From Candidatus Poribacteria bacterium (GTDB lineage: Bacteria; Poribacteria; WGA-4E; WGA-3G), in contig CBDAUI010000002.1 in NCBI GenBank assembly GCA_965200205.1, positions 319,837 through 383,836 on the forward strand: a DNA stretch of 64,000 bases. Reading direction: 5' to 3'. The notes below the pieces were generated by a model. The model ran no database searches and was not told the origin of the DNA. It was given only the letters and a program-made list of their open reading frames with translations. The translations under genes were made by a program, and so were the position numbers. Positions 43,903-51,802 of this stretch are shown one piece after another. How positions within the stretch are numbered: position 1 is the first letter of the stretch; each line of letters starts with the position of its first letter.

Positions 43903-44922
43903 ATGAGAGGAAAAACAGTCACTCCGCCGGAGGGAGCACAAGTAGGCGATGGGCAAGTCCGACAGGTATCGAAACTGTTTGGTGAAGCCATCGGCGATAC
44001 CAACGAATGGATAGAGATCCACCGAACCGGCGATGAGTGGGAAGTGAACCTGATTCAAACCACCTTGAACGCGCAAAAAATCCGATGCCGACCCGTCGAA
44101 TTAAAAGCGGAAGGTCAGACCGTACTACTCGTGGAACCGGAGCATGAGGTGGAAGCGATGGAACTCGTCAGTCGTATCGGTGTCGCTGTCGCGGATAGCG
44201 AAATGACGACGCAATCCGAAGAGGTCGCAGAGGCACTCAAACAGCGCGACATGACCGTCGTTCAGGAGGACACAAGCCGACAATCTGCGCCAGAGGATTC
44301 ATCGGAACTCATAATGTCGGAACGCGAAGGCATCGGCAGTGTCGTCTATATCGCCGGACACGGCTATGAAATCCGCGTCGGTCCCGAACCGTACGCCGTT
44401 GTTGCCGAGAAGGATTGGGAGGAGTTCACAGACTTTAGCGCGCAACGCCAAGAGTTCGTCATTCTCCTCCGACACGAGTATCCCGACCTTTTAAAATGGA
44501 TTCAAGAGGAGAAACTTCTCGCCGAATTTATCCGTCTTATTGAGATGACGTACCAAGAGGGCGCACCGACACCCGCGACGCATCGGCACAGTGCCGACGC
44601 TGAAGAATTGGTGGATACAACACCGTACCATCCGCTTGCGCAACTGAGTCTCACAGTCGCCGTGGTTTCGCTGATTGCCGTGCTTTTCCAGGTCCCGTGG
44701 GTTGTCAATCTTGTGTTCGCGTTTATAGCAGTTGTATCGGCAGTTGTCGCGAAATATCAGATTGATGCGAGTGAAGGGAGATATGTCGGTATTCCGATGG
44801 CACTGAGTGCGATTGTGCTTGCGTGTCTTGTCGTTATGTTTGCGTGGTGGTTGGAACAGCGTCCGGAACCTGTGGAACAGCCGGAAACCCCGCCCGTTCG
44901 TGAAATGATTGAGGATCGGTAG
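43903..44922 (+). CDS. Hypothetical membrane protein
   Basis: GAGGA plus ATG. Soluble acidic N-terminal two-thirds, then C-terminal hydrophobic helices (LSLTVAVVSLIAVLF, VVNLVFAFIAVVSAVVA, IPMALSAIVLACLVVMFAWW). Confidence 0.6.
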   Translation: MRGKTVTPPEGAQVGDGQVRQVSKLFGEAIGDTNEWIEIHRTGDEWEVNLIQTTLNAQKIRCRPVELKAEGQTVLLVEPEHEVEAMELVSRIGVAVADSEMTTQSEEVAEALKQRDMTVVQEDTSRQSAPEDSSELIMSEREGIGSVVYIAGHGYEIRVGPEPYAVVAEKDWEEFTDFSAQRQEFVILLRHEYPDLLKWIQEEKLLAEFIRLIEMTYQEGAPTPATHRHSADAEELVDTTPYHPLAQLSLTVAVVSLIAVLFQVPWVVNLVFAFIAVVSAVVAKYQIDASEGRYVGIPMALSAIVLACLVVMFAWWLEQRPEPVEQPETPPVREMIEDR

Positions 44923-44939
44923 CAGGTAGGGATAGCACC

Positions 44940-45158
44940 ATGAAAACAATGACGTATAAAGGCTATACAGCGGAAATCCACTATAGTGGCGAAGATGGAT
45001 GTTTTGTTGGTCGTATTGTCAATATTGATGCTATATCCGGTTTCCACGGTGATACCGATGATGAGCTGCGTGTTGCGTTTGAGGACATGGTAGACCTTTA
45101 TATTAGAACCCGCGAGGCACCGGAGAACCCTCGGCAAAAGCCCTACGTCCAGCTTTAA
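44940..45158 (+). CDS. HicB-family antitoxin-like protein, truncated (no DNA-binding tail)
   Basis: MKTMTYKGYTAEIHYSGEDGCFVGRIVNIDAISGFHGDTDDELRVAFEDMVDLYI matches the N-terminal HicB-like fold. It is 72 aa and has no adjacent HicA. Confidence 0.65.
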   Translation: MKTMTYKGYTAEIHYSGEDGCFVGRIVNIDAISGFHGDTDDELRVAFEDMVDLYIRTREAPENPRQKPYVQL

Positions 45159-45222
45159 TGGAAATGGAGATCGTGCGGTCCACTTATCAGATCCGTCTAT
45201 CATACCCGCCATATTTTCCAAT

Positions 45223-45585
45223 TTATAAATCAATAACCCTTCCAGCCTTTATCTCTTCAAGTGCTTCATCGCGTAGATAATCGAGTTTGCCTGCTTTTAT
45301 ATTTTCTTCGAGCTGTTTATCCCAAGCGTCCTCACGTGCCTCCAAGGCTTCGCGGAGTTTGACTGCGAGGGTCTTTAAGAGTTCTGTTTTTGTCTTCGCC
45401 TCACATACTACCTCGGGAATATCAGGAATCCATCCGCGCCATCCAACAGACTTTTTTATTTGATGTGCAGTATAGGGCTCCTCAAAAACTTGATCCATTA
45501 TCTCGACAGACTGAAATCGTGTGTTCTTATCTTCTTGTTCTGGCACACTATCGGCTGCGATCTGTTCGGTTGCGATACGTGTCAT
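45223..45585 (-). CDS. Orphan antitoxin-like protein (UPF0150/HicB-like N-domain plus helical tail)
   Basis: AGGAGG plus ATG at 45585. GWRGWIPDIPEVVCEAKTKTELLKTLAVKLREALE...WDKQLEENIKAGKLDYLRDEALEEIKAGR parallels 50112..50423. Confidence 0.65.
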   Translation of the reverse strand: MTRIATEQIAADSVPEQEDKNTRFQSVEIMDQVFEEPYTAHQIKKSVGWRGWIPDIPEVVCEAKTKTELLKTLAVKLREALEAREDAWDKQLEENIKAGKLDYLRDEALEEIKAGRVIDL

Positions 45586-45883
45586 AGATTCATCCTCCTG
45601 ATAGGGAGCGATTTTCATTTTCTCAGGACTTACGCAATTTTGACTGTCGCCCGTTCTGTTAGATGAAAATTTCCGTAAAACGGAGTGTTCTCCTGACACA
45701 ATCTGGAAGATTGTGGTACAAAGGAGCATCATGCGTAAGTCCTATATAATATACAACGCATTGTCCGCAAAGTCAAAATTTTTTGTATAACGACCTCGGC
45801 TGATATACGATAGCGGCGTTTCATCTCTGTTGTAAAAGGCAAGATTTTTTATGCAGAAGACGTAGTGAACAGAAAATTTTCAG

Positions 45884-45912
45884 TTGACACCTCAATAGGT
45901 ATGTGGTAAAGT
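45884..45912 (+). promoter_or_regulatory. Putative sigma-70 promoter
   Basis: TTGACA (45884-45889), 17-nt spacer, TAAAGT (45907-45912), 38 nt before the ATG at 45951. Confidence 0.5.
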
Positions 45913-45950
45913 TAACAACCAAGAAGCGTAAGAAAAAGTAGGGATAACAC

Positions 45951-46205
45951 ATGAAAACAATGACTTACAGAGGCTATACCGCGGAAATTATCTATAGTGA
46001 CGAAGATGCGTGTTTTGTTGGGCATGTTGTTGACCCTGGCGATGATATTGTTGGTTTTCACGGGGATACCGATGAAGAACTACGCGTTGCCTTTGAAGGG
46101 GTTGTTGATCTCTATATTGAAGCATTGCAGGAACCGGAAAATCCACCGCAAAAACACATCGCGGGGAGATTGCTATCTCGCCTGCGTCAAGCACTCCATC
46201 TATAG
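45951..46205 (+). CDS. HicB-family antitoxin-like protein, second truncated copy
   Basis: MKTMTYRGYTAEIIYSDEDACFVGHVVDPGDDIVGFHGDTDEELRVAFEGVVDLYI. DNA homology with 44940 starts about 12 nt upstream of the ATG (GTAGGGATA.CAC). Confidence 0.65.
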   Translation: MKTMTYRGYTAEIIYSDEDACFVGHVVDPGDDIVGFHGDTDEELRVAFEGVVDLYIEALQEPENPPQKHIAGRLLSRLRQALHL

Positions 46206-46224
46206 CAATAGAGCGTTTATTCCG

Positions 46225-46929
46225 ATGAAAACATGTCTCACTGTTTTCGCGAAACAACCAATACCGAATCGGGTCAAGACGCGACTTATACCGCCGCTTT
46301 CACCAGAACAGGCGGCGACACTCTATACCGCATTCCTTATAGACTGGTGTGAGGCACTTGCAGAACTCGTGGACGTGGACATCGTGATTGCATACACACC
46401 ACCCGAAGCACAACCCGATCTACAGGCATTAATCGGAGACGATGCCACTTATATCCCGCAAATAGGCGACGATCTCGGAGAACGGCTCACTTCAGCAACG
46501 CAGTGGGCAGCGGAACATGGATACACAAAAATTCTGATCGTCGGATCCGACAGTCCGACGCTACCGATTTTGTATGTCTCCGAAGCCATCACACGGCTTA
46601 ACACACAAGATGTCGTTATCGGACCGAGTGTAGATGGTGGGTATTACCTCATCGGTTTCGCCGTGGAGAATTTAACAACGATAGTGCCACTCGTATTTTC
46701 AGAGGTTGCCTGGAGCACAGCGGATGTCCTTCAACAGACAATAACACGTGTCCAATCAGCAGCGGCGACGCTTGGACTCCTACCACCATGGTATGATATT
46801 GATAACGCTGAAGATTTGGCATTTCTACATGCACATATATCGGCACAGCGACTTGCAGGCGATACGGTGCAAGCCGTTAGAACAGAATCTATATTGGCAG
46901 AACTTTTTTCACAAAAAGAGTTTATGTAA
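46225..46929 (+). CDS. DUF2064-type nucleotidyltransferase-fold (glycosyltransferase-like) protein
   Basis: CLTVFAKQPIPNRVKTRL, ILIVGSDSPTLP, VVIGPSVDGGYYLIGF. ATG 46225 was chosen; the longer ORF from 45997 overlaps the HicB-like gene. Confidence 0.7.
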   Translation: MKTCLTVFAKQPIPNRVKTRLIPPLSPEQAATLYTAFLIDWCEALAELVDVDIVIAYTPPEAQPDLQALIGDDATYIPQIGDDLGERLTSATQWAAEHGYTKILIVGSDSPTLPILYVSEAITRLNTQDVVIGPSVDGGYYLIGFAVENLTTIVPLVFSEVAWSTADVLQQTITRVQSAAATLGLLPPWYDIDNAEDLAFLHAHISAQRLAGDTVQAVRTESILAELFSQKEFM

Positions 46930-46961
46930 ATTTAGCACGCGGTAGTAGACTTTACTTTTTA

Positions 46962-46996
46962 AACCCCCTAAATCCCCCTTATCAGGGGGACTTATG
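46962..46996. repeat. Hairpin element P2 (AACCCCCTAAATCCCCCTTATCAGGGGGACTTATG)
   Basis: Stem CCCCC / GGGGG with loop TTATCA, intergenic. Confidence 0.7.
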
Positions 46997-47044
46997 AACC
47001 GTTGTGTAAACCCTACTTAAATTGAAGGAAAAGGAGGCTTGGTA

Positions 47045-47776
47045 ATGGGACAATTAGATGGAAAGGTTGCGATTGTAACGGGTGGGAACCGAGGTATCGG
47101 TAAGGGGATCGCGAGAGGGCTTGCTGCTGAAGGCGCGAGCCTGACGATCGCCGCAAGGAATGCCGAACTTCTCGAACAGACCGCTAACGAATTACGCGAA
47201 ACCGGCACAAAGGTGTTGGATGTTCCGACTGATGTAACGGACGAGGCACAGATCAAGGCACTCTTTGAAAAGTCGATGTCGGAACATGGACGTTTGGACA
47301 TCCTCGTAAATAATGCTGGTGCGTTCAATGCCGGTCCTATAGATGAGCTCTCAACAGCGGATTGGGATTGGGTTGTCGGTGTGAACCTTCGCGCGCCGTT
47401 TCTCTGCACGCGTGAGGCATTCGGTATTATGAAAGCACAAGGTGAAGGTGGACGTATCATCAACGTCGGCAGTATCTCGTCGCATCGGGTGCGTCCGCGT
47501 ACCGCGCCCTATAGTGCGACTAAATTCGGTATCTGGGGACTGACACAGGTAACGGCACTTGAAGGGAGACCACACGGGATTACGGCGAGTTGTTTGAAAC
47601 CCGGTAACACCTATGTGGAACGCATCCAGAACCGTTCGGAGGCACCCATCGAACCGATGATGGACGTTGACGCTCTCGCACAAGCCGCTGTCCTGATGGC
47701 GACCCTACCACCGAATATCAATATGTTAGACGCGACCGTTCTGCCTGTCGGTCAACTCTATGTTGGACGCGGCTAA
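47045..47776 (+). CDS. Short-chain dehydrogenase/reductase
   Basis: TGGNRGIGKGIA, NNAG, YSATK. AAGGAGG at 47031-47037. Confidence 0.9.
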   Translation: MGQLDGKVAIVTGGNRGIGKGIARGLAAEGASLTIAARNAELLEQTANELRETGTKVLDVPTDVTDEAQIKALFEKSMSEHGRLDILVNNAGAFNAGPIDELSTADWDWVVGVNLRAPFLCTREAFGIMKAQGEGGRIINVGSISSHRVRPRTAPYSATKFGIWGLTQVTALEGRPHGITASCLKPGNTYVERIQNRSEAPIEPMMDVDALAQAAVLMATLPPNINMLDATVLPVGQLYVGRG

Positions 47777-47796
47777 CGCGTAACTGGAGAGAACCC

Positions 47797-49023
47797 ATGA
47801 AAATGAATCGGGATCAATTCATAGAAGATGGCTATCTCGTGCTACGGGAAGTCGTGCCACCAGAAGAGCTGAACGCGCTTCGTGAGAGTTATGAGCTGAT
47901 GGTATCGCGTCAGCGAGAAATCTGGTCAAAAGAACGCGCCCCAAATGATCCGCTGGGTGGCGTATGGGAGACTTCGCCGCAACCGCGCCTCCTGCTCGGA
48001 CGCGATCCGCTTGCAAAACACGTTGATGAAAAGACAGCGAGCGCAGTCGAAATTTGGGCGCACGAAAATATGCAAGGTGCCAGCACTGCATTGCTCGGCG
48101 AGGAAGATGCCGGTGTCACAGAGATGATGCTCATGTGTAATCCGGTCCGAGACTGCGGACCCGCGACTTGGCACCGAGATCACCACCCTATTGATACCGC
48201 ACCCCTACAAGGTTATATTGACGACATCGTGGAGACGGGACCGCGCTATGTGCAGTGGAACCTCTCACTCTATGATGACAATGTATTGTGGGTGCTGCCC
48301 GGTAGCCATTTACGGGTGAATACTGAAGCGGAAAACCGACAGTTGTTAGCGGATCCAAAAGTCCCGTTACCGAATGCCGTTCAGACACATCTTAACGCAG
48401 GTGATGGTGTCGTCTATATTCTGCCGATTTTACACTGGGGAAGCAACTACAGTCGGAAGATGCGGCGCACGATTCACGGTGGTTTCTCAAACCATACCCA
48501 CTATCAAGCATTTGATTACATAGACTACTTGTCCCCGAAAGTACAAGATAGGTTCTATCGCTGGAACGAACGAAGTCATCAGATGCAAGCGTGGACAGAA
48601 GACGCGCTACGAGCCGTCATGAAAAAAAATCCGACTGCCTACTCTGCAGCACTTGAGAATCTGCATCCGGGAAGAGGCGAAAAGGGGAAAATGCTCTCGA
48701 CGGTCTTTCTCTGCAAAGCCGCCTGTTTTATCGTTTTAGAACACGGTTGTGAACTCGCAGACATTCCTGATGACCTTAAGAATCGCGGCAAAGGTTTCCA
48801 CGCAATTACGCTTAATTGGGGACCCCCGTTCGCTAAACGGTTCACGAAGGAAGAGGCGGTAACCCTATGGGAGCGTTTTAAACCGGTTGACGCGCTTCTC
48901 AAGACCGACGAAGAGTTGTATCTCCCCGGTTTCCAATCGGGTCCGATGCACTACTATTTTAATGAGATGCCAGCAAACTTCGGTGTTGCCGATTTCATTG
49001 AGACGTGGGGATTAAAGCCGTAA
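47797..49023 (+). CDS. Phytanoyl-CoA dioxygenase (PhyH) family Fe(II)/2-oxoglutarate oxygenase
   Basis: FIEDGYLVLREVVPPEELNALRE N-terminus, WHRDH, and a later HGG. Confidence 0.7.
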   Translation: MKMNRDQFIEDGYLVLREVVPPEELNALRESYELMVSRQREIWSKERAPNDPLGGVWETSPQPRLLLGRDPLAKHVDEKTASAVEIWAHENMQGASTALLGEEDAGVTEMMLMCNPVRDCGPATWHRDHHPIDTAPLQGYIDDIVETGPRYVQWNLSLYDDNVLWVLPGSHLRVNTEAENRQLLADPKVPLPNAVQTHLNAGDGVVYILPILHWGSNYSRKMRRTIHGGFSNHTHYQAFDYIDYLSPKVQDRFYRWNERSHQMQAWTEDALRAVMKKNPTAYSAALENLHPGRGEKGKMLSTVFLCKAACFIVLEHGCELADIPDDLKNRGKGFHAITLNWGPPFAKRFTKEEAVTLWERFKPVDALLKTDEELYLPGFQSGPMHYYFNEMPANFGVADFIETWGLKP

Positions 49024-49806
49024 ACCGAGCATCCCGCTGAGATAGAGATATGCCTCTTCGGTATAACGCGGCAGGTTTTCCGGGTCTTCAACTTCTAATT
49101 CCAACGTCAGATCGCCTTGGTAACCTTCTGTTTGGAGGGTCTCGATAATCTGCTTGAGATTGAGTTCGCCGCGCCCGATACCGACGGATACGGCACCGAT
49201 ATGGTCCTTGAGATGTACGGCATAGATACGGGAACCGAATTGACGGATTGCGGCGAGTGTGTCTACGCCGGACGTATGGAAATGCCCGGTATCGATGCAG
49301 ACACCGACCCGTTCGTCTGGAATAGCGTCTAAAATCTTTTGGAAGTCTTCTGCTTGTTCAAGTACGTTGCCGTGATGCGGTTCGAGCGTTAGTTTGATTT
49401 CGCTTTCTGCCGGTATACGTTCCAATACCTCGCGAACACAGGCGATCACCCGATCTAAGGCACCGGATTCTGTTCTCCGCTGTGCACCGCTTGTGGTCAG
49501 GTGTGTTGCACCGAGTCCCCCAGCGATTTCGACACACCTCGCGATTGCGTTTGCGCGTGCGTCAACATCGGTGTTGTCGTGTCCGCCCCATCCCGGCGGA
49601 TAGAGTCCAGCACACTTCATTCCAGATGCGTCAACCTTCGCCTTCATCGTGTCTATATCAAATGCGAGCGCAGCATCGACACTCCATATAAGGGGTCCGT
49701 GGATTTCCATGAGACGGTAGCCGATCTGCGGCGCGTATTCCAAAGTTGCAGCGACTTCATCTTCAGCGTAACCTCGGTAACAGATAGAAGCACAAATAAT
49801 GTCCAT
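49012..49806 (-). CDS. Xylose-isomerase-like TIM-barrel sugar-phosphate isomerase/epimerase
   Basis: LTLEPHHGNVL..., VCIDTGHFHTSGVD, AVHLKDH. Confidence 0.8.
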   Translation of the reverse strand: MDIICASICYRGYAEDEVAATLEYAPQIGYRLMEIHGPLIWSVDAALAFDIDTMKAKVDASGMKCAGLYPPGWGGHDNTDVDARANAIARCVEIAGGLGATHLTTSGAQRRTESGALDRVIACVREVLERIPAESEIKLTLEPHHGNVLEQAEDFQKILDAIPDERVGVCIDTGHFHTSGVDTLAAIRQFGSRIYAVHLKDHIGAVSVGIGRGELNLKQIIETLQTEGYQGDLTLELEVEDPENLPRYTEEAYLYLSGMLGLRL

Positions 49807-49857
49807 AAAATCCTCTTTCTATTTCCTCAGAAAATATCAAGGAACTATACAGTTTAA

Positions 49858-50127
49858 TCAATCGTTTATTAGTCGCATGTATGCGTCGTGTATTCCGATC
49901 CAAAACCAGAAGAAAGTGCCTTCTCTTTCATAAGCGACGGTACGATACTTAGGACCAACCCGTGCCGACCAATAGATACCAACTTTTTTTAACGTTAAAG
50001 ACGGATGCCATGGATTCTGTTTTAGTAGTTCAAAGTTTTTGTCAGCAAGTTGTTGAACATGACGAGGGAGGTCTTCGTAATGTTTCCGAAAACGCTGCGT
50101 TTTTACGTGTTTTATATCTCTTCGCAT
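49858..50127 (-). CDS. RelE/ParE-superfamily toxin
   Basis: 89 aa. FRKHYEDLP...LLKQNPWHPSLTLKKV...WSARVGPKYRTVAY...FWFWIGIHDAY. Overlaps the upstream antitoxin gene by 16 nt. Confidence 0.7.
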   Translation of the reverse strand: MRRDIKHVKTQRFRKHYEDLPRHVQQLADKNFELLKQNPWHPSLTLKKVGIYWSARVGPKYRTVAYEREGTFFWFWIGIHDAYMRLIND

Positions 50128-50423
50128 TTACCTGCTCGAAAATCAGCGAGTGCCTCTTTCGCGAATCGTTCAAGTTTTCCTGCCTTAACGTCTGCCTCAA
50201 ACTGTTTATCCCACATTTCTGCTTCAGTTTTATATGCCTCTAAACGTTTGTGCAGCTCAATTTCCAACACTTTTAACAATTCATCTTTCGTTTTTCTTTC
50301 ACAATTTACCTCTGGAAGTTCTTGTATCCACCCAATCCATCCAGCACCGTTCTGCTCGGTATGAACTGTATAGGTTTCATCAAACCCTTGTTCGTGAATT
50401 TCAATTGTATGAAGATGGCCCAT
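50112..50423 (-). CDS. Antitoxin (UPF0150/HicB-like N-domain plus helical C-tail)
   Basis: GWIGWIQELPEVNCERKTKDELLKVLEIELHKRLE...WDKQFEADVKAGKLERFAKEALADFRAGK. First gene of a two-gene operon with the toxin. Confidence 0.7.
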   Translation of the reverse strand: MGHLHTIEIHEQGFDETYTVHTEQNGAGWIGWIQELPEVNCERKTKDELLKVLEIELHKRLEAYKTEAEMWDKQFEADVKAGKLERFAKEALADFRAGKCEEI

Positions 50424-50498
50424 GTCTAACTCCTTTGATGTAATAGATCAGATATATCCATTATATCTTCTAAAAAGACCAATTGTCAAACAATTCCC

Positions 50499-50526
50499 TT
50501 GAAAAATTGAGTAGAAAGAGTATAAT
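50499..50526 (+). promoter_or_regulatory. Putative sigma-70 promoter
   Basis: TTGAAA (50499-50504), 16-nt spacer, TATAAT (50521-50526), upstream of the GTG at 50563. Confidence 0.5.
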
Positions 50527-50562
50527 AAACAGTATAATCCGTAGACTTGGAGTACACAAACA

Positions 50563-50973
50563 GTGATTCGACAAATCGAGATAGTTTTACCTGAATATGC
50601 GCGCGGTTTTCATCTCGTCACAGATGAAATTATGAACGCAATTGACGAATTGCCTAAAGAGGGTATCCTGCACCTATTTATCAAGCACACCTCAGCAGGA
50701 TTGACGATCAACGAAAACGACGATCCGACGGTTCGCGAAGACTTCGCTAACAGTTTTGACCGACTTGTCAAAGAGCGTGAACCGTTCTATAAACACACAA
50801 TAGAAGGCGACGATGATATGCCTGCACATATTAAAGCGTCGCTCGTCGGTTTCGCTGTCTCTATCCCGATTACCAACCATCACCTCAATTTGGGAATATG
50901 GCAGGGGATTTATCTTTGCGAATTCCGAAATCAGGGAGGCAGACGAAAAGTACTCGCGACGCTCTATTCTTAG
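50563..50973 (+). CDS. yjbQ: YjbQ/UPF0047 family secondary thiamine-phosphate synthase
   Basis: LHLFIKHTSAGLTINENDDPTVREDF, DDMPAHIKASLVG, LGIWQGIYLCEFR. Confidence 0.85.
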   Translation: MIRQIEIVLPEYARGFHLVTDEIMNAIDELPKEGILHLFIKHTSAGLTINENDDPTVREDFANSFDRLVKEREPFYKHTIEGDDDMPAHIKASLVGFAVSIPITNHHLNLGIWQGIYLCEFRNQGGRRKVLATLYS

Positions 50974-51021
50974 TGTTCACCCAAACCGTAGGGCGAGGTT
51001 GCCTCGCCCACTGCCAAAAAA

Positions 51022-51780
51022 CTATAATTCGCTATAGAGTTCGGCGTGTCGTTTCAGCACCGCCTCTGAATCTGGTGGATTGATGACCTCTATGGAGACA
51101 AACCCGTTATATCCGTCTTCCGCGAGAAGTGTGAGTGAATCGCGTTCCGTGTCTGGCATCGGACCGCTGTCTCCGAAATTAACGTGTGCGTGTCGGACTT
51201 TGCCGCGTAGATGAACATAAGCCACATTGACCGGCTCTCCGTGTCGGACATGATGCGCAGCGTGCCAATTGACATAGGTATTTTGCGCTTCAGTGCGGTG
51301 CAGTGTCTCTGCAACGTAACTGCCGATGAGGTTGCCGTGTGTCTCTAAACAGAGTGCAACGCCTGCGTCACCTGCCAACCCATCGCATTCACGGATCCCG
51401 TCGGCTTCCCAATCCAAAGTTTCGGAGACTTCAACCGGCGTGTCCGGCACCCTATCCCCAAAGATACGGATATTCGCCGCGCCCATAGTCGCCGCGAGAT
51501 CAATGTAACGCTTGAGGAGTTCGACCTGTTCGGCGCGTTTGTTGGCATCCGGATCGATAAATCGGACACCCGTTGCGATGCAGGAGAGGTCAATCCCGCT
51601 ATCAACGAATTGGGAGCGCGCGTCGCGGAGTTGTTGCGGCGTAGAATCCAATTCCACACCGTGTCCGTGATCCCACTCGACACGGAGTTCCAAGTGTTTG
51701 TAATCATACTGTTTCGCTTTGTCAATCAGTTCCGCTAACGTTAGTGGCGGACAGACGGACGACATAAATCCAAATTGCAT
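51022..51780 (-). CDS. Xylose-isomerase-like TIM-barrel protein
   Basis: HLELRVEW..., AANIRIFGD, LCLETHGN, and a histidine-rich C-terminal half. Confidence 0.75.
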   Translation of the reverse strand: MQFGFMSSVCPPLTLAELIDKAKQYDYKHLELRVEWDHGHGVELDSTPQQLRDARSQFVDSGIDLSCIATGVRFIDPDANKRAEQVELLKRYIDLAATMGAANIRIFGDRVPDTPVEVSETLDWEADGIRECDGLAGDAGVALCLETHGNLIGSYVAETLHRTEAQNTYVNWHAAHHVRHGEPVNVAYVHLRGKVRHAHVNFGDSGPMPDTERDSLTLLAEDGYNGFVSIEVINPPDSEAVLKRHAELYSEL

Positions 51781-51802
51781 GTAAAGCCTCCAGCTTTATG
51801 GG

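Noticed and set aside
45997-46224. N-terminal extension of the DUF2064 ORF (track start 45997)
   Set aside because: It overlaps the HicB-like gene in another frame and gives an implausible hydrophobic/basic leader. The family-typical N-terminus MKTCLTVFAKQP starts at ATG 46225.
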